Source of the DNA: Prevotella sp.
GTDB lineage: Bacteria > Bacteroidota > Bacteroidia > Bacteroidales > Dysgonomonadaceae
Assembly (NCBI GenBank): GCA_031285625.1
Contig: JAITVV010000095.1
Span: forward strand, 192,001-256,000
Direction: 5' to 3'
Length of the DNA: 64,000 nt
Made by a program: the position numbers and the translations under genes. The notes under the pieces are model-generated. The model did no database searches. It saw nothing but the letters and a program-made list of their open reading frames with translations, and was not told where the DNA came from. Positions 10,001 to 18,031 of this stretch are shown piece by piece. Each line of letters starts with the position of its first letter. The first letter of the stretch is position 1.

Positions 10001-11098
10001 AAGATCGTCCTCAAACTGGAACTGAACAGTGACAAATCGTACTCGGTGAGCGTAGAGGATAACGGAAGGGGTATTGCCGATAATCACAAAGACCTGATTT
10101 TTGACCCTTTCTATCAGGTACAGAAAGACGATGGAAATGTTGGCACGGGAATAGGTCTGTCACTGGTAAAACACCTGACAGAAATACTGAAAGCAAAAAT
10201 AGAAGTAAAGAACGGAGACAAAGGGGGAACAATTTTTACATTCACATTCTCCGATATTCCAAAGGACATGCCGCGAAAGAAGGAAGAAACAGACGGAGAT
10301 CTGTATTCGGAAAATATAGTATCTGCAAGGGACAAAAAAGAGATGATACTTGTAGTAGACGATAATCCGGAAATGATCCTGTTTATAAAGAACTGCATCC
10401 AGAATCAATATTCAGTGGATACGGCACTGGATGCCTCAGAAGCGTTATCACTGATGGAAGAAAAGAGTTACGATCTCATTATATCCGATATTATGATGCC
10501 GGGTATAGATGGCATATCTTTTACGAAGAAGGTGAGGGCAGATATCAATTATAGTCATATACCTGTCATATTACTATCAGCCAAAACAGAGAATACAGCA
10601 AAGGTAGAAGGTCTGCAATCGGGTGCAGATGTATTTATTGAAAAGCCGTTTTCTACATCATATCTCAAAGCACAGATTTCGAGTCTGTTGGAAAATAGAA
10701 GAGCCATGCTGGACGCATTCAACCGTTCGCCAATGGCATCCTATTCGGCTTTGGCAACCAATAAAGGCGATGAGGCATTCCTCAACAGGCTGAATGAAGA
10801 AATAGAGAAACACATTTCTGATGAAACTTTCTCGGTGGAGTCGCTTACTGATATACTCAGTATCAGCCGTTCTAACCTGCAACGAAAACTGAAAGGCATC
10901 AGTGGTGTTACTCCAGGTGATTACTTGCGTAACTACCGCCTGAAAAGAGCCTGTAAGTTATTGCTCGAAACCGATATGCGGATTAATGAGGTAGCTTTTT
11001 ATGTAGGGTTCAACTCAGCGTCTTATTTTACAAAAGCTTTTTATAAGTGCTATCAGATGTCGCCTAAGGAGTTTGTAAATAAGATGGGGAAAAATTGA
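7100..11098 (+). CDS. Hybrid two-component system (beta-propeller sensor, histidine kinase, receiver, AraC HTH)
   Basis: Reg_prop repeats, Y_Y_Y domain, HEIRTPL, NLLTNALKF, GTGIGL, DIMMPG, C-terminal AraC HTH. Start at ATG 7100 preferred over 7061. Confidence 0.97.
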   Translation: MKSIRLLFTFFLLIFCTSNLLSQENSNFHFKKIQVDDGLSESAIYCIMQDMKGFMWFGTKDGLNRYDGYNFRIFRNNPHNTQSIGNNFIRCIAEGGTNTLYIGTDAGLYIMNTIDESFSKVTMKTDKGIDVTSAVNALHVDKNGNVWIGSMTQGIFIYNPKGQVLKAVELEKYHLGQNAAWSIISDKSGTIWVGTRLGLLRYNANTEKLEAIEGMFSTQDNSKHEILCILDDDKGNLWLGTWDDGMRLYNKQTNEYISLYGLDSRSYYITHVRSIFQYTDKSLLIGSDDGLYLFDLEKEIIKRVDVPQLTHSLSDQNIYSIAKDRENGIWIGTYFGGVNYLNTSLINIETYYPDVVHGLLSGKAVSQFCEDDAGNIWIATEDGGVNFFDTKTKKITQPIQTTYHNTHALLFDNENLWIGTFSRGIDVYNTRTKSLINLRNSAKDENTLNDDCIFSLYKTKKGDIYAGTPVGLNKYNRNDNSFTRITEANGFIYDMKEDDYGNLWVATYGLGALRLDIKNNKWINYDTIQSRNNPIVGSKLTGIYIDNKKRVIFSSEGRGIFIYDYKTDNFKNISEVDGLPNNVIYGVLDDPFGNLWISSNKGLVCFDTSNPRDFKLYNKADGLQSNQFNYKSSYKTRDGKFYFGGINGFNSFFPKDLSESKNRIVPSIEITQINLLDNSDPELEKEIQTNLNKKEQIELPYNKSSFTISYVSLSYISQAKNQYAYKLEGVDTEWNYAGNNKSVTYVSLSPGKYLFKVKASNNDGLWNDQGTEIEIEILPPFWLSLPAKMFYLLINLLIVYFIASYYLKKTKQKQQQQLENFKTEQETLAFKSKIEFFTTIAHEIRTPLSLISAPLEEVISSGEGSNQTHQNLSIIEKNCDRLTILINQLLDFRKMDSTKYIVNPEIIDLRNHINELFERFKKTAQNKKIDFDLQMPADGDFVVVSDEDALTKIIGNLLTNALKFTKDKIVLKLELNSDKSYSVSVEDNGRGIADNHKDLIFDPFYQVQKDDGNVGTGIGLSLVKHLTEILKAKIEVKNGDKGGTIFTFTFSDIPKDMPRKKEETDGDLYSENIVSARDKKEMILVVDDNPEMILFIKNCIQNQYSVDTALDASEALSLMEEKSYDLIISDIMMPGIDGISFTKKVRADINYSHIPVILLSAKTENTAKVEGLQSGADVFIEKPFSTSYLKAQISSLLENRRAMLDAFNRSPMASYSALATNKGDEAFLNRLNEEIEKHISDETFSVESLTDILSISRSNLQRKLKGISGVTPGDYLRNYRLKRACKLLLETDMRINEVAFYVGFNSASYFTKAFYKCYQMSPKEFVNKMGKN

Positions 11099-11333
11099 GA
11101 TTTCCTTACATAAAAAGTCATATATTAAGTTTGACTACTTACTTATATCCAGTAACTTATCTTGTTTAATATCTTCGAAAAGTCATATACCAATGACCAG
11201 ACCTAACTTTTAATGCCCATATTTCTTACTTTTATAAAACATTTTATGTTTTAACATTCTTTATTGTGAATTTGTCCTTCAGATACTTTTGTTCACATAG
11301 TTTTACAAGCAACGATTCTAATAAATACATTTC

Positions 11334-12548
11334 ATGAAAAAAACACTAAACAAAGTTCTGTTATTATTTATTTCCATGTTGGTATTATCTGCATGTCAGA
11401 ATGAAGATAGTCCGGCACCTGAGATAAAAGAGAAAGATAGCTTTGTCGGAATCGAAGATATCACACAATTGGTTTCACAAATACAGTTGCCTGTAGAAGG
11501 TACTAAAGGAACAAAAGTATATAAGAATAAAGAAATAAGTAATATTATGCCTGTTGAGGGAAAAGCAGATAATAAAGCTTCGTTCTATATTGTGAATTAT
11601 GAGGATGGAGGCTTTATTGTTATGTCTGCCGACAACAGGATAAATCCTGTATTGGCTTACTCTGATTCGGGAGAATTGCCATTATATGAGGAGCTTCCCT
11701 CAGGACTGGTAGGGTGGATGGAAGAGACCTCTGCATATGTGGATGAGGTAAAGGCTTCGGATATGGAACAGAGCGGTAATGTTGCGGATGCGTGGAAACC
11801 TCAGGCTATACAGCGATTGATTGGCGGTGGTGATAATGAAGGAATAGACCGTAATGAGGATGGATGCCAGAATACGGAGAAAGAAGTGTTACCATTGATG
11901 AGCACCATTTGGGGACAATGGTCTGGTTATAACGATCTCGTTAACTCGAATATATATTGTAGTAAATCCTCAAATGGAAAACCTCCTGCCGGGTGTGTGG
12001 CTATTGCTCTTGCACAGATCATGAAATATCATGAATATCCCAAAACTTATAATTGGGTTAATATGAATAGATATAATGGGGGAAGTGAAACTGCCCGGTT
12101 AATAAGGGATATAGGCATCGCAGTGGGGATGGATTACGGATGCGATGGATCATTTGCCAAAAATACTGATGCAGTGAATGCTTTGAAAAATACATTTAAA
12201 TACAGTTCAGCTATCTTAAGTGATTTTGATATCGACAAGGTTGTTGCTGAATTGAATGCTAAAAGACCTGTTTATCTCACTGGTGGGAGTAAAGAATATT
12301 TCATTATATTTCCGTACTCTGATAATGGACATGCTTGGGTATGTGACGGGTACAGACGTGTTTGGGATTGCCAGTACGATAGATATGGTAATTTTAACGG
12401 TACTATTATTATGACTACATATCTTCGTATGAATTGGGGATGGAGTAGTTATTCCTTGAATAATGCATGGTTTGGATATAATGAGTGGAAGGTTGATGGC
12501 AAGGATTATACCTATAAGAAAAAAATGATATACAATATTAAACCATAA
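11334..12548 (+). CDS. C10 family (streptopain-like) cysteine peptidase lipoprotein with Spi/I69-like propeptide
   Basis: WGQ, AGCVAIALAQIM (catalytic Cys), GHAWVCDGY (His), MNWGW; propeptide FYIVNY..GGFIVMSADNRINPVLAYS; lipobox LSAC. Confidence 0.93.
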   Translation: MKKTLNKVLLLFISMLVLSACQNEDSPAPEIKEKDSFVGIEDITQLVSQIQLPVEGTKGTKVYKNKEISNIMPVEGKADNKASFYIVNYEDGGFIVMSADNRINPVLAYSDSGELPLYEELPSGLVGWMEETSAYVDEVKASDMEQSGNVADAWKPQAIQRLIGGGDNEGIDRNEDGCQNTEKEVLPLMSTIWGQWSGYNDLVNSNIYCSKSSNGKPPAGCVAIALAQIMKYHEYPKTYNWVNMNRYNGGSETARLIRDIGIAVGMDYGCDGSFAKNTDAVNALKNTFKYSSAILSDFDIDKVVAELNAKRPVYLTGGSKEYFIIFPYSDNGHAWVCDGYRRVWDCQYDRYGNFNGTIIMTTYLRMNWGWSSYSLNNAWFGYNEWKVDGKDYTYKKKMIYNIKP

Positions 12549-12560
12549 AAATATATAGGG

Positions 12561-13073
12561 ATGAAAAAAATACTATATTTTATAACGATCTCAATACTGT
12601 TTACCGCATTTAGTTGTAGTGACGATGATTCAGCAGCGTATCGTGATATAGGGTTTGGATACTGTGTTGTAGACCAGGACGGAAACGATCTGTTTGATCA
12701 GGAGACAGCGGGGGCTATCGATACCTCTGCAATAGAGATCTATAATATAATAGATGGAAAGCCGGTTTTGTTTCGCACCAACACAGGTCATAAAGGATAT
12801 TGGTTTGTAAAACATGAGGATTCTGATGGGGATGGAAGATATGATAATATTCCCGGACTTGTCATGTATATTGCGATTTTGACATATTTTGATGAAGAGG
12901 ATAAGTCGACCAGTATCATAAAGTGGAATAAACAGGAATCAGATACAGTTACGATATTGGCCGATAGAAAAATAAATTCAACTTGGCCGGTTCATTATTG
13001 GGTAAATGGTAGCGATAATATCGATTGGATCAATAAGGATTTGAGAATAGCCCGCAAAGTGAAACAAAGATAA
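12561..13073 (+). CDS. Small lipoprotein, paralog of 13075-13566; possible C10 protease inhibitor
   Basis: Lipobox AFSC; shares DxxGNDLxD, STxIIxWN..SDT and W.NG..NIDWI with the next gene. Confidence 0.7.
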   Translation: MKKILYFITISILFTAFSCSDDDSAAYRDIGFGYCVVDQDGNDLFDQETAGAIDTSAIEIYNIIDGKPVLFRTNTGHKGYWFVKHEDSDGDGRYDNIPGLVMYIAILTYFDEEDKSTSIIKWNKQESDTVTILADRKINSTWPVHYWVNGSDNIDWINKDLRIARKVKQR

Positions 13074-13074
13074 G

Positions 13075-13566
13075 ATGAGGAAAATAATATATTTTGTAGC
13101 GTTATTGTCATTATTTAGCCTGTTGGGTTGCGAAAATACTCCATCGCCAATCCCGATTATAGAAATGGATCTCAGATTTAATTTATTTGATGAATCCGGT
13201 AACGATCTTCTTGATCCTGATTTTGAAGAGGGGATCAATGCGCACCGAATACGAATATTTTATATGGTAGATGGTAAAGCAAGAGAATATTATAATGTGA
13301 TGTCTGGCGCACCTAAGGGTTATGTAATATATGAGCCGGATTTAACACAAAATCATTATACGCTTAATCTATTCCTTGACAGGAATATAGATGATGGTAA
13401 ATCAACAACTATTATAAGATGGAATGATTTTGATTCGGATACAATAATGGCTCAAGTGGATAAGAGAGAAAATGATTATGTAGTAGCAACGAAGTTTTGG
13501 ATCAATGGAAATGAAAATATCGATTGGATAGATGAAGGACAAAGAATTTGCAAATTGGTAAAATAG
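13075..13566 (+). CDS. Small lipoprotein, paralog of 12561-13073
   Basis: Lipobox LLGC; same shared motifs; starts after a 1-nt gap from the upstream stop. Confidence 0.7.
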   Translation: MRKIIYFVALLSLFSLLGCENTPSPIPIIEMDLRFNLFDESGNDLLDPDFEEGINAHRIRIFYMVDGKAREYYNVMSGAPKGYVIYEPDLTQNHYTLNLFLDRNIDDGKSTTIIRWNDFDSDTIMAQVDKRENDYVVATKFWINGNENIDWIDEGQRICKLVK

Positions 13567-13582
13567 ATGTAAAAAAATAGGT

Positions 13583-13618
13583 AGGAGGTAGCAAGTAGTT
13601 TATTTGCTACCTCCTTTT
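13583..13618 (+). terminator. Rho-independent terminator
   Basis: AGGAGGTAGCAAGTA-GTT-TATTTGCTACCTCCT followed by TTT. Confidence 0.8.
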
Positions 13619-13702
13619 ACGAATGGGCATATGAATAATTAAGATAATTGAACGATTTATTTTAGGAATTAAGCTGTAACTTTGTATAAAACAAAATAAC
13701 GA

Positions 13703-14530
13703 ATGCTTAGACCCGGACCCATTGGTGTATTTGATTCAGGATATGGAGGATTGACGATTTTGTCGGAGATACAAGCCCTTATGCCCGGATATGATTACTG
13801 CTATCTTGGCGATAATTCACGTGCGCCATATGGTACACGTTCGTTTGAGGTAGTGTATGAATTTACCCGTCAGGCCGTAGAAACTCTGTTCGATATGGGC
13901 TGTAATCTGGTTATACTAGCCTGTAATACAGCATCGGCAAAAGCATTGCGTACTATTCAGCAAAACGATCTTCCTAATATAGATCCTGACAAAAGGGTGC
14001 TGGGCGTGATACGTCCTACTGCCGAAATTATAGGAAAAATAACTGCCAGTCGCCATGTAGGTGTGGTGGGTACATCGGGTACTATACAGTCAGAGTCATA
14101 TCCGATAGAAATAAAGAAATTATTCCCTGATATAGTGGTTACAGGCGAAGCCTGCCCTATGTGGGTTCCCTTGGTCGAAAACCGGGAATATGAAACTGAG
14201 GGAGCCGATTACTTTATAAAGAAGAATCTGGATAGTATTTTATCTAAAGATCCTCTTATAGATACACTGATACTTGGCTGTACACATTATCCGCTATTGC
14301 TGGATAAGATAAAGAAATACCTGCCGGAAGGAGTTTCAGCCTTACCGCAGGGTGAGTATATCGCACATAGTTTGCAAGACTATCTGTTTCGTCATCCCGA
14401 AATGGATAATGTATGTACAAAAGGGGGGACAACACATTATTTTACAACAGAATCTCCTGATAAATTCTCAGAAGCCGCTACCATCTTTTTGAATAGAGAT
14501 ATAGAAGTCGATCATATAACACTCGAGTAA
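13703..14530 (+). CDS. murI: Glutamate racemase
   Basis: IGVFDSGYGGL, PYG, ACNTAS, LGCTHYP. Confidence 0.97.
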   Translation: MLRPGPIGVFDSGYGGLTILSEIQALMPGYDYCYLGDNSRAPYGTRSFEVVYEFTRQAVETLFDMGCNLVILACNTASAKALRTIQQNDLPNIDPDKRVLGVIRPTAEIIGKITASRHVGVVGTSGTIQSESYPIEIKKLFPDIVVTGEACPMWVPLVENREYETEGADYFIKKNLDSILSKDPLIDTLILGCTHYPLLLDKIKKYLPEGVSALPQGEYIAHSLQDYLFRHPEMDNVCTKGGTTHYFTTESPDKFSEAATIFLNRDIEVDHITLE

Positions 14531-14566
14531 TTCAAGCGGTTTGTTTTGCCACGAAACTTTGCAACA

Positions 14567-15397
14567 ATGAAAATCATAACATCTACCGATCCGGATTTGG
14601 AATACAGGAACGAATACGATCTGTTTCGTGATGTGTATTTCAAAGGCGAACCATTCACAGGCATTATTAAAGATGAGGATTCTTATTCCGAGCAGACAGA
14701 GTTTCTCAATGGGAAAGCCAATGGGCAATATATCTGTAAATTTAAAAGTGGGGAAACACATTCTGTAGCTCATTACGAAAATGGAGAAGAAATTTGGAGT
14801 AAATCATATTACGAATCCGGTCATCTATATGAAGTAAGCGATCAGGAGCAATCTAAGCTATGGAGCGAATCGGGTCAACTTGCATATGAGTGGGATTTGA
14901 AAGCGAATATAAGAAAAACATATTTCAAAGATGGACAATTGAAGAGCCTTTCCCGGAATAAAACCACTGAGTATTATGCACAAGATGGTGCGTTGGCGAT
15001 GATCTTCCCGCCTGATAAATATATAGACCTGCATTATGTGAGGAAGATAGACTATAAAGATGAGGTTTTACTCAGAAATTATTCGGATCTGCTGAACAAA
15101 GAGTTTCCCGGGTTGGAAAAACTAAGCCAGACATATGGATCTTCAGAAAGTCATTACAGGCATCTTATATGGATGTGGTTTTGGGAAATATTCGATAAAG
15201 ATCAGAGGCAGTATTTCGCGATTGTCAATAATCTGATGAAGCATCCTGACAAAGATGTTGTTGATACTATTGCCGGCATTATTGCGATTCATCGCTTTGA
15301 GTCGTATATTGAAAAAGAAAATACTGAAAATGCCGCTTGCTATAAGCTGATCAAAAAACACCGGAAATATCAGGATCAGAATTTTCCCGACAGATAA
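14567..15397 (+). CDS. Hypothetical protein with N-terminal MORN-variant (YwqK-like) repeats
   Basis: YFKGEPFTG, EFLNGKANG, YENG, YYESG, YFKDGQL repeats. Start at ATG 14567 preferred. Confidence 0.6.
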   Translation: MKIITSTDPDLEYRNEYDLFRDVYFKGEPFTGIIKDEDSYSEQTEFLNGKANGQYICKFKSGETHSVAHYENGEEIWSKSYYESGHLYEVSDQEQSKLWSESGQLAYEWDLKANIRKTYFKDGQLKSLSRNKTTEYYAQDGALAMIFPPDKYIDLHYVRKIDYKDEVLLRNYSDLLNKEFPGLEKLSQTYGSSESHYRHLIWMWFWEIFDKDQRQYFAIVNNLMKHPDKDVVDTIAGIIAIHRFESYIEKENTENAACYKLIKKHRKYQDQNFPDR

Positions 15398-15404
15398 AAT
15401 ATTA

Positions 15405-15430
15405 AGGCTGTATCGTTTGATACAGCCTTT
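15405..15430. terminator. Hairpin between convergent genes
   Basis: AAGGCTGTATC-GTTT-GATACAGCCTT. Confidence 0.7.
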
Positions 15431-15432
15431 AA

Positions 15433-16215
15433 TTATTCTATTAGCCCGAAATGCCGGAGTGCATTTGCCACGCCATTTTCGTCTACACTATCGGTGATAT
15501 AGTCCGCCACAGCTTTTACATCGTCTCCGGCGTTGCCCATTGCGACACCTATACCTACATGTTTCAGCATTTCTATATCGTTACCTCCATCGCCGAAGGC
15601 CATTGTTTCAGACTTATTGATGTTATAGTATTCCAAAAACTTATCTATTCCTGTACTTTTGTCGATTCCCCTTACATTCACATCTGCAAAAGTAGAATGC
15701 CAACGACTGGCATTACAGCTTACAAATGCTTCTTTCATTATTTTTTCTTCCAGTTCCTTATCTACATAGAGATTCACCTGAAGAACCTCATCCTCTACCA
15801 TTTCCTGAAGATTTCTGACAGGTGGCACAGGAACTTCAACCAGATTGGCAATATTCTTAACAGTCTCATCTACATGGCTTACAAAGGAACCTTCGTTTAC
15901 CATAAATGCAAAAGGGAAATTTATCACATTCTCCTGGTATGCAATCAGTGACTTTAGTTCTTCTTTAGGGATAAGCTTTTTGAAGATAACTTCATTATCC
16001 GTTGTTACACAATAGGCACCATTCACAGTTATAAAGCCGTCAAACTCCAGTCCGCCCAGATTTTGAACCTGTTTTTTGAGGCGTCCTGTTGCCAGAAAGA
16101 CTTTAATACCTTTTTGTTTTACGGCATTTATAGCATCAATTGTAGATTGTGGAACAGTATGTGTCTTGAAACTGAGAAGAGTTCCGTCGATATCAAAGAA
16201 AATCGCTTTAATCAT
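15433..16215 (-). CDS. Cof-type HAD-IIB hydrolase
   Basis: FFDIDGTL, ATGR, NGA, DK, FGDGGNDIEML. Confidence 0.95.
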   Translation of the reverse strand: MIKAIFFDIDGTLLSFKTHTVPQSTIDAINAVKQKGIKVFLATGRLKKQVQNLGGLEFDGFITVNGAYCVTTDNEVIFKKLIPKEELKSLIAYQENVINFPFAFMVNEGSFVSHVDETVKNIANLVEVPVPPVRNLQEMVEDEVLQVNLYVDKELEEKIMKEAFVSCNASRWHSTFADVNVRGIDKSTGIDKFLEYYNINKSETMAFGDGGNDIEMLKHVGIGVAMGNAGDDVKAVADYITDSVDENGVANALRHFGLIE

Positions 16216-16292
16216 AATAAATCAGTAATTAACTACAAATTTACGACAATTAAGCCAGAAGAAGAATGATATAGATCAGAATCGTGGATTTC

Positions 16293-16724
16293 TTAATCAA
16301 GAATAGACTGAACTTTTTCTTTGAGTTCTGAATAAAGTTTTATGTGTTGAGGACTGTTTATCGATTTATCGGACAAATCATATCTGTGGAAAATATCTTC
16401 GCACTCATCCAATAAAGACTGTATCATTTCCTCATCCTTTTCAGTGAACGGCTCTTTTTGATGTCCTTTTGTGTAAATATCTTTTATTATATCATACTTG
16501 GAGAATAACAACTCTTGCAACAGAATGCATTTAGCCTCCCCATAAGCTATTTTTTCATCAACGCCGAGTTCTGCCTGTTTACAAAAATATTGTGCTGCCA
16601 CATCAGAACGCATACATATAAAGGATGCATCACGAATAAGTCGTGGATGGTATTTTTCTAAATGAGAAATTAACTCTGATTTTAGAAAAGCAAAGACATT
16701 TGCCTGAGTGTATTTTTTGTGCAT
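16293..16724 (-). CDS. DUF1896-like protein
   Basis: Pattern FI..RSD.AA..F and LLFSKYDII resembles Bacteroides DUF1896 (recalled from memory). Confidence 0.55.
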   Translation of the reverse strand: MHKKYTQANVFAFLKSELISHLEKYHPRLIRDASFICMRSDVAAQYFCKQAELGVDEKIAYGEAKCILLQELLFSKYDIIKDIYTKGHQKEPFTEKDEEMIQSLLDECEDIFHRYDLSDKSINSPQHIKLYSELKEKVQSILD

Positions 16725-16920
16725 AGGTTATTGGTTAGAATGTTATTAATTGATCTTTCTTCAACTAATTTGCTCTATCAATCAATGCATGATAAATACC
16801 TGCAACCATGAGATTATAAAATTATTTATTCAAGTGTTTTCTGAACACGATGGTTCCTTATACACAAATGTAATAATTAATACTTTAGGATTAAAGCGTT
16901 TATATATCTATTTTATAAAA

Positions 16921-17074
16921 AAGAGGTGTGTCAAAAGTATTTTTCGCTATCTTTTTGTCATGTTGAACGGAGTGAAACATCTCATGTCCGGAGGGTCGAG
17001 ATCCTTCATTGCACTCAGGATGACAAAGAGGGTCGCACTTTGATAGTGCAGTTTTACTTTTGATACACCCTCTT
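16921..17074. mobile_element. MITE-like element (about 19-20 bp imperfect terminal inverted repeats) enclosing REP-like copy B (16956-17025)
   Basis: Left AAGAGGTGTGTCAAAAGTA; right TACTTTTGATACACCCTCTT; inside TGTCATGTTGAACGGAGTGAAACATCTC...GAGATCCTTCATTGCACTCAGGATGACA. Confidence 0.6.
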
Positions 17075-17099
17075 AATATGATTATGGATAGTTTTATTC

Positions 17100-17909
17100 T
17101 TATTCTCCTTTAAGGAATTCAAAGTTACGCCGCTTCAATTGGAAATCGCGACCCAGGTATTTTTCCCTTACCACTTCGTTTTCGGCTAGTTGCTCAGCGC
17201 TACCCTGAAACAATACCTTACCCTCAAATAACAGGTAAGCGCGGTCAGTGATACTCAGCGTTTCGTCTACATTGTGGTCGGTAATGAGAATACCAATATT
17301 TTTATATTTCAGTTTTGCTACAATCTCCTGAATATCCTGCACGGCAATAGGGTCCACTCCAGCAAAAGGCTCGTCGAGCATAATAAACTTAGGATCGATA
17401 GCCAGACAGCGGGCAATTTCAGAACGACGTCGCTCCCCTCCCGAGAGTCTGTCTCCAAGATTCTTACGCACCTTGTGCAAACCAAACTCATCAATCAGGC
17501 TTTCCAGCTTTTCCTTCTGGTATTCTTTTGAAGTTTTTGTCATTTCCAGTACAGAGCGAATATTGTCTTCTACGGTCATCTTTCGAAAGATAGAAGCCTC
17601 CTGAGCCAGATATCCGATACCATTCTGCGCACGTTTGTATACAGGAAATTTAGTAATCTCCATATCGTTAAGGAAAATTTTGCCTTCATTAGGCATTACC
17701 AGTCCTACCGTCATATAGAAAGTGGTGGTTTTACCTGCCCCATTAGGACCGAGCAGACCTACAATTTCACCTTGTTTCACATCTATCGAGACGTGATTTA
17801 CTACAGTACGGGACGAATATCGTTTCACCAGGTTTTCGGTACGAAGTACCATTCTGTCCTCCGGCTGTATATCTGTTCTTTCTATGATTATTTCTTCTGT
17901 TTGCTCCAT
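17100..17909 (-). CDS. lptB: LPS export ABC transporter ATP-binding protein
   Basis: GPNGAGKTT, YLAQEASIFRKM, LSGGERRR, LDEPFAGVDPIAV, ITDHNV. Confidence 0.96.
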   Translation of the reverse strand: MEQTEEIIIERTDIQPEDRMVLRTENLVKRYSSRTVVNHVSIDVKQGEIVGLLGPNGAGKTTTFYMTVGLVMPNEGKIFLNDMEITKFPVYKRAQNGIGYLAQEASIFRKMTVEDNIRSVLEMTKTSKEYQKEKLESLIDEFGLHKVRKNLGDRLSGGERRRSEIARCLAIDPKFIMLDEPFAGVDPIAVQDIQEIVAKLKYKNIGILITDHNVDETLSITDRAYLLFEGKVLFQGSAEQLAENEVVREKYLGRDFQLKRRNFEFLKGE

Positions 17910-17923
17910 ATATTAACTAGCAT

Positions 17924-18031
17924 TAAGTAATGAGTATTAAGTTTTAAGTACACAGTTTCTAAATTGTTATCACTCAAAACTTATTACTTGCGACTCATTA
18001 ACTTACTACTTATCACTCAAAACTTACTACT
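17924..18031. repeat. Degenerate heptamer tandem repeats in inverted arrangement
   Basis: TAAGTAA TGAGTAT TAAGTTT TAAGTAC, then TTATCAC TCAAAAC TTATTAC ... TTATCAC TCAAAAC TTACTAC. Confidence 0.7.

Noticed and set aside
16750-17043. 97-aa ORF (also 1066-1281)
   Set aside because: Both read through REP-like repeats; 1066-1281 also overlaps the GH43 gene on the opposite strand.
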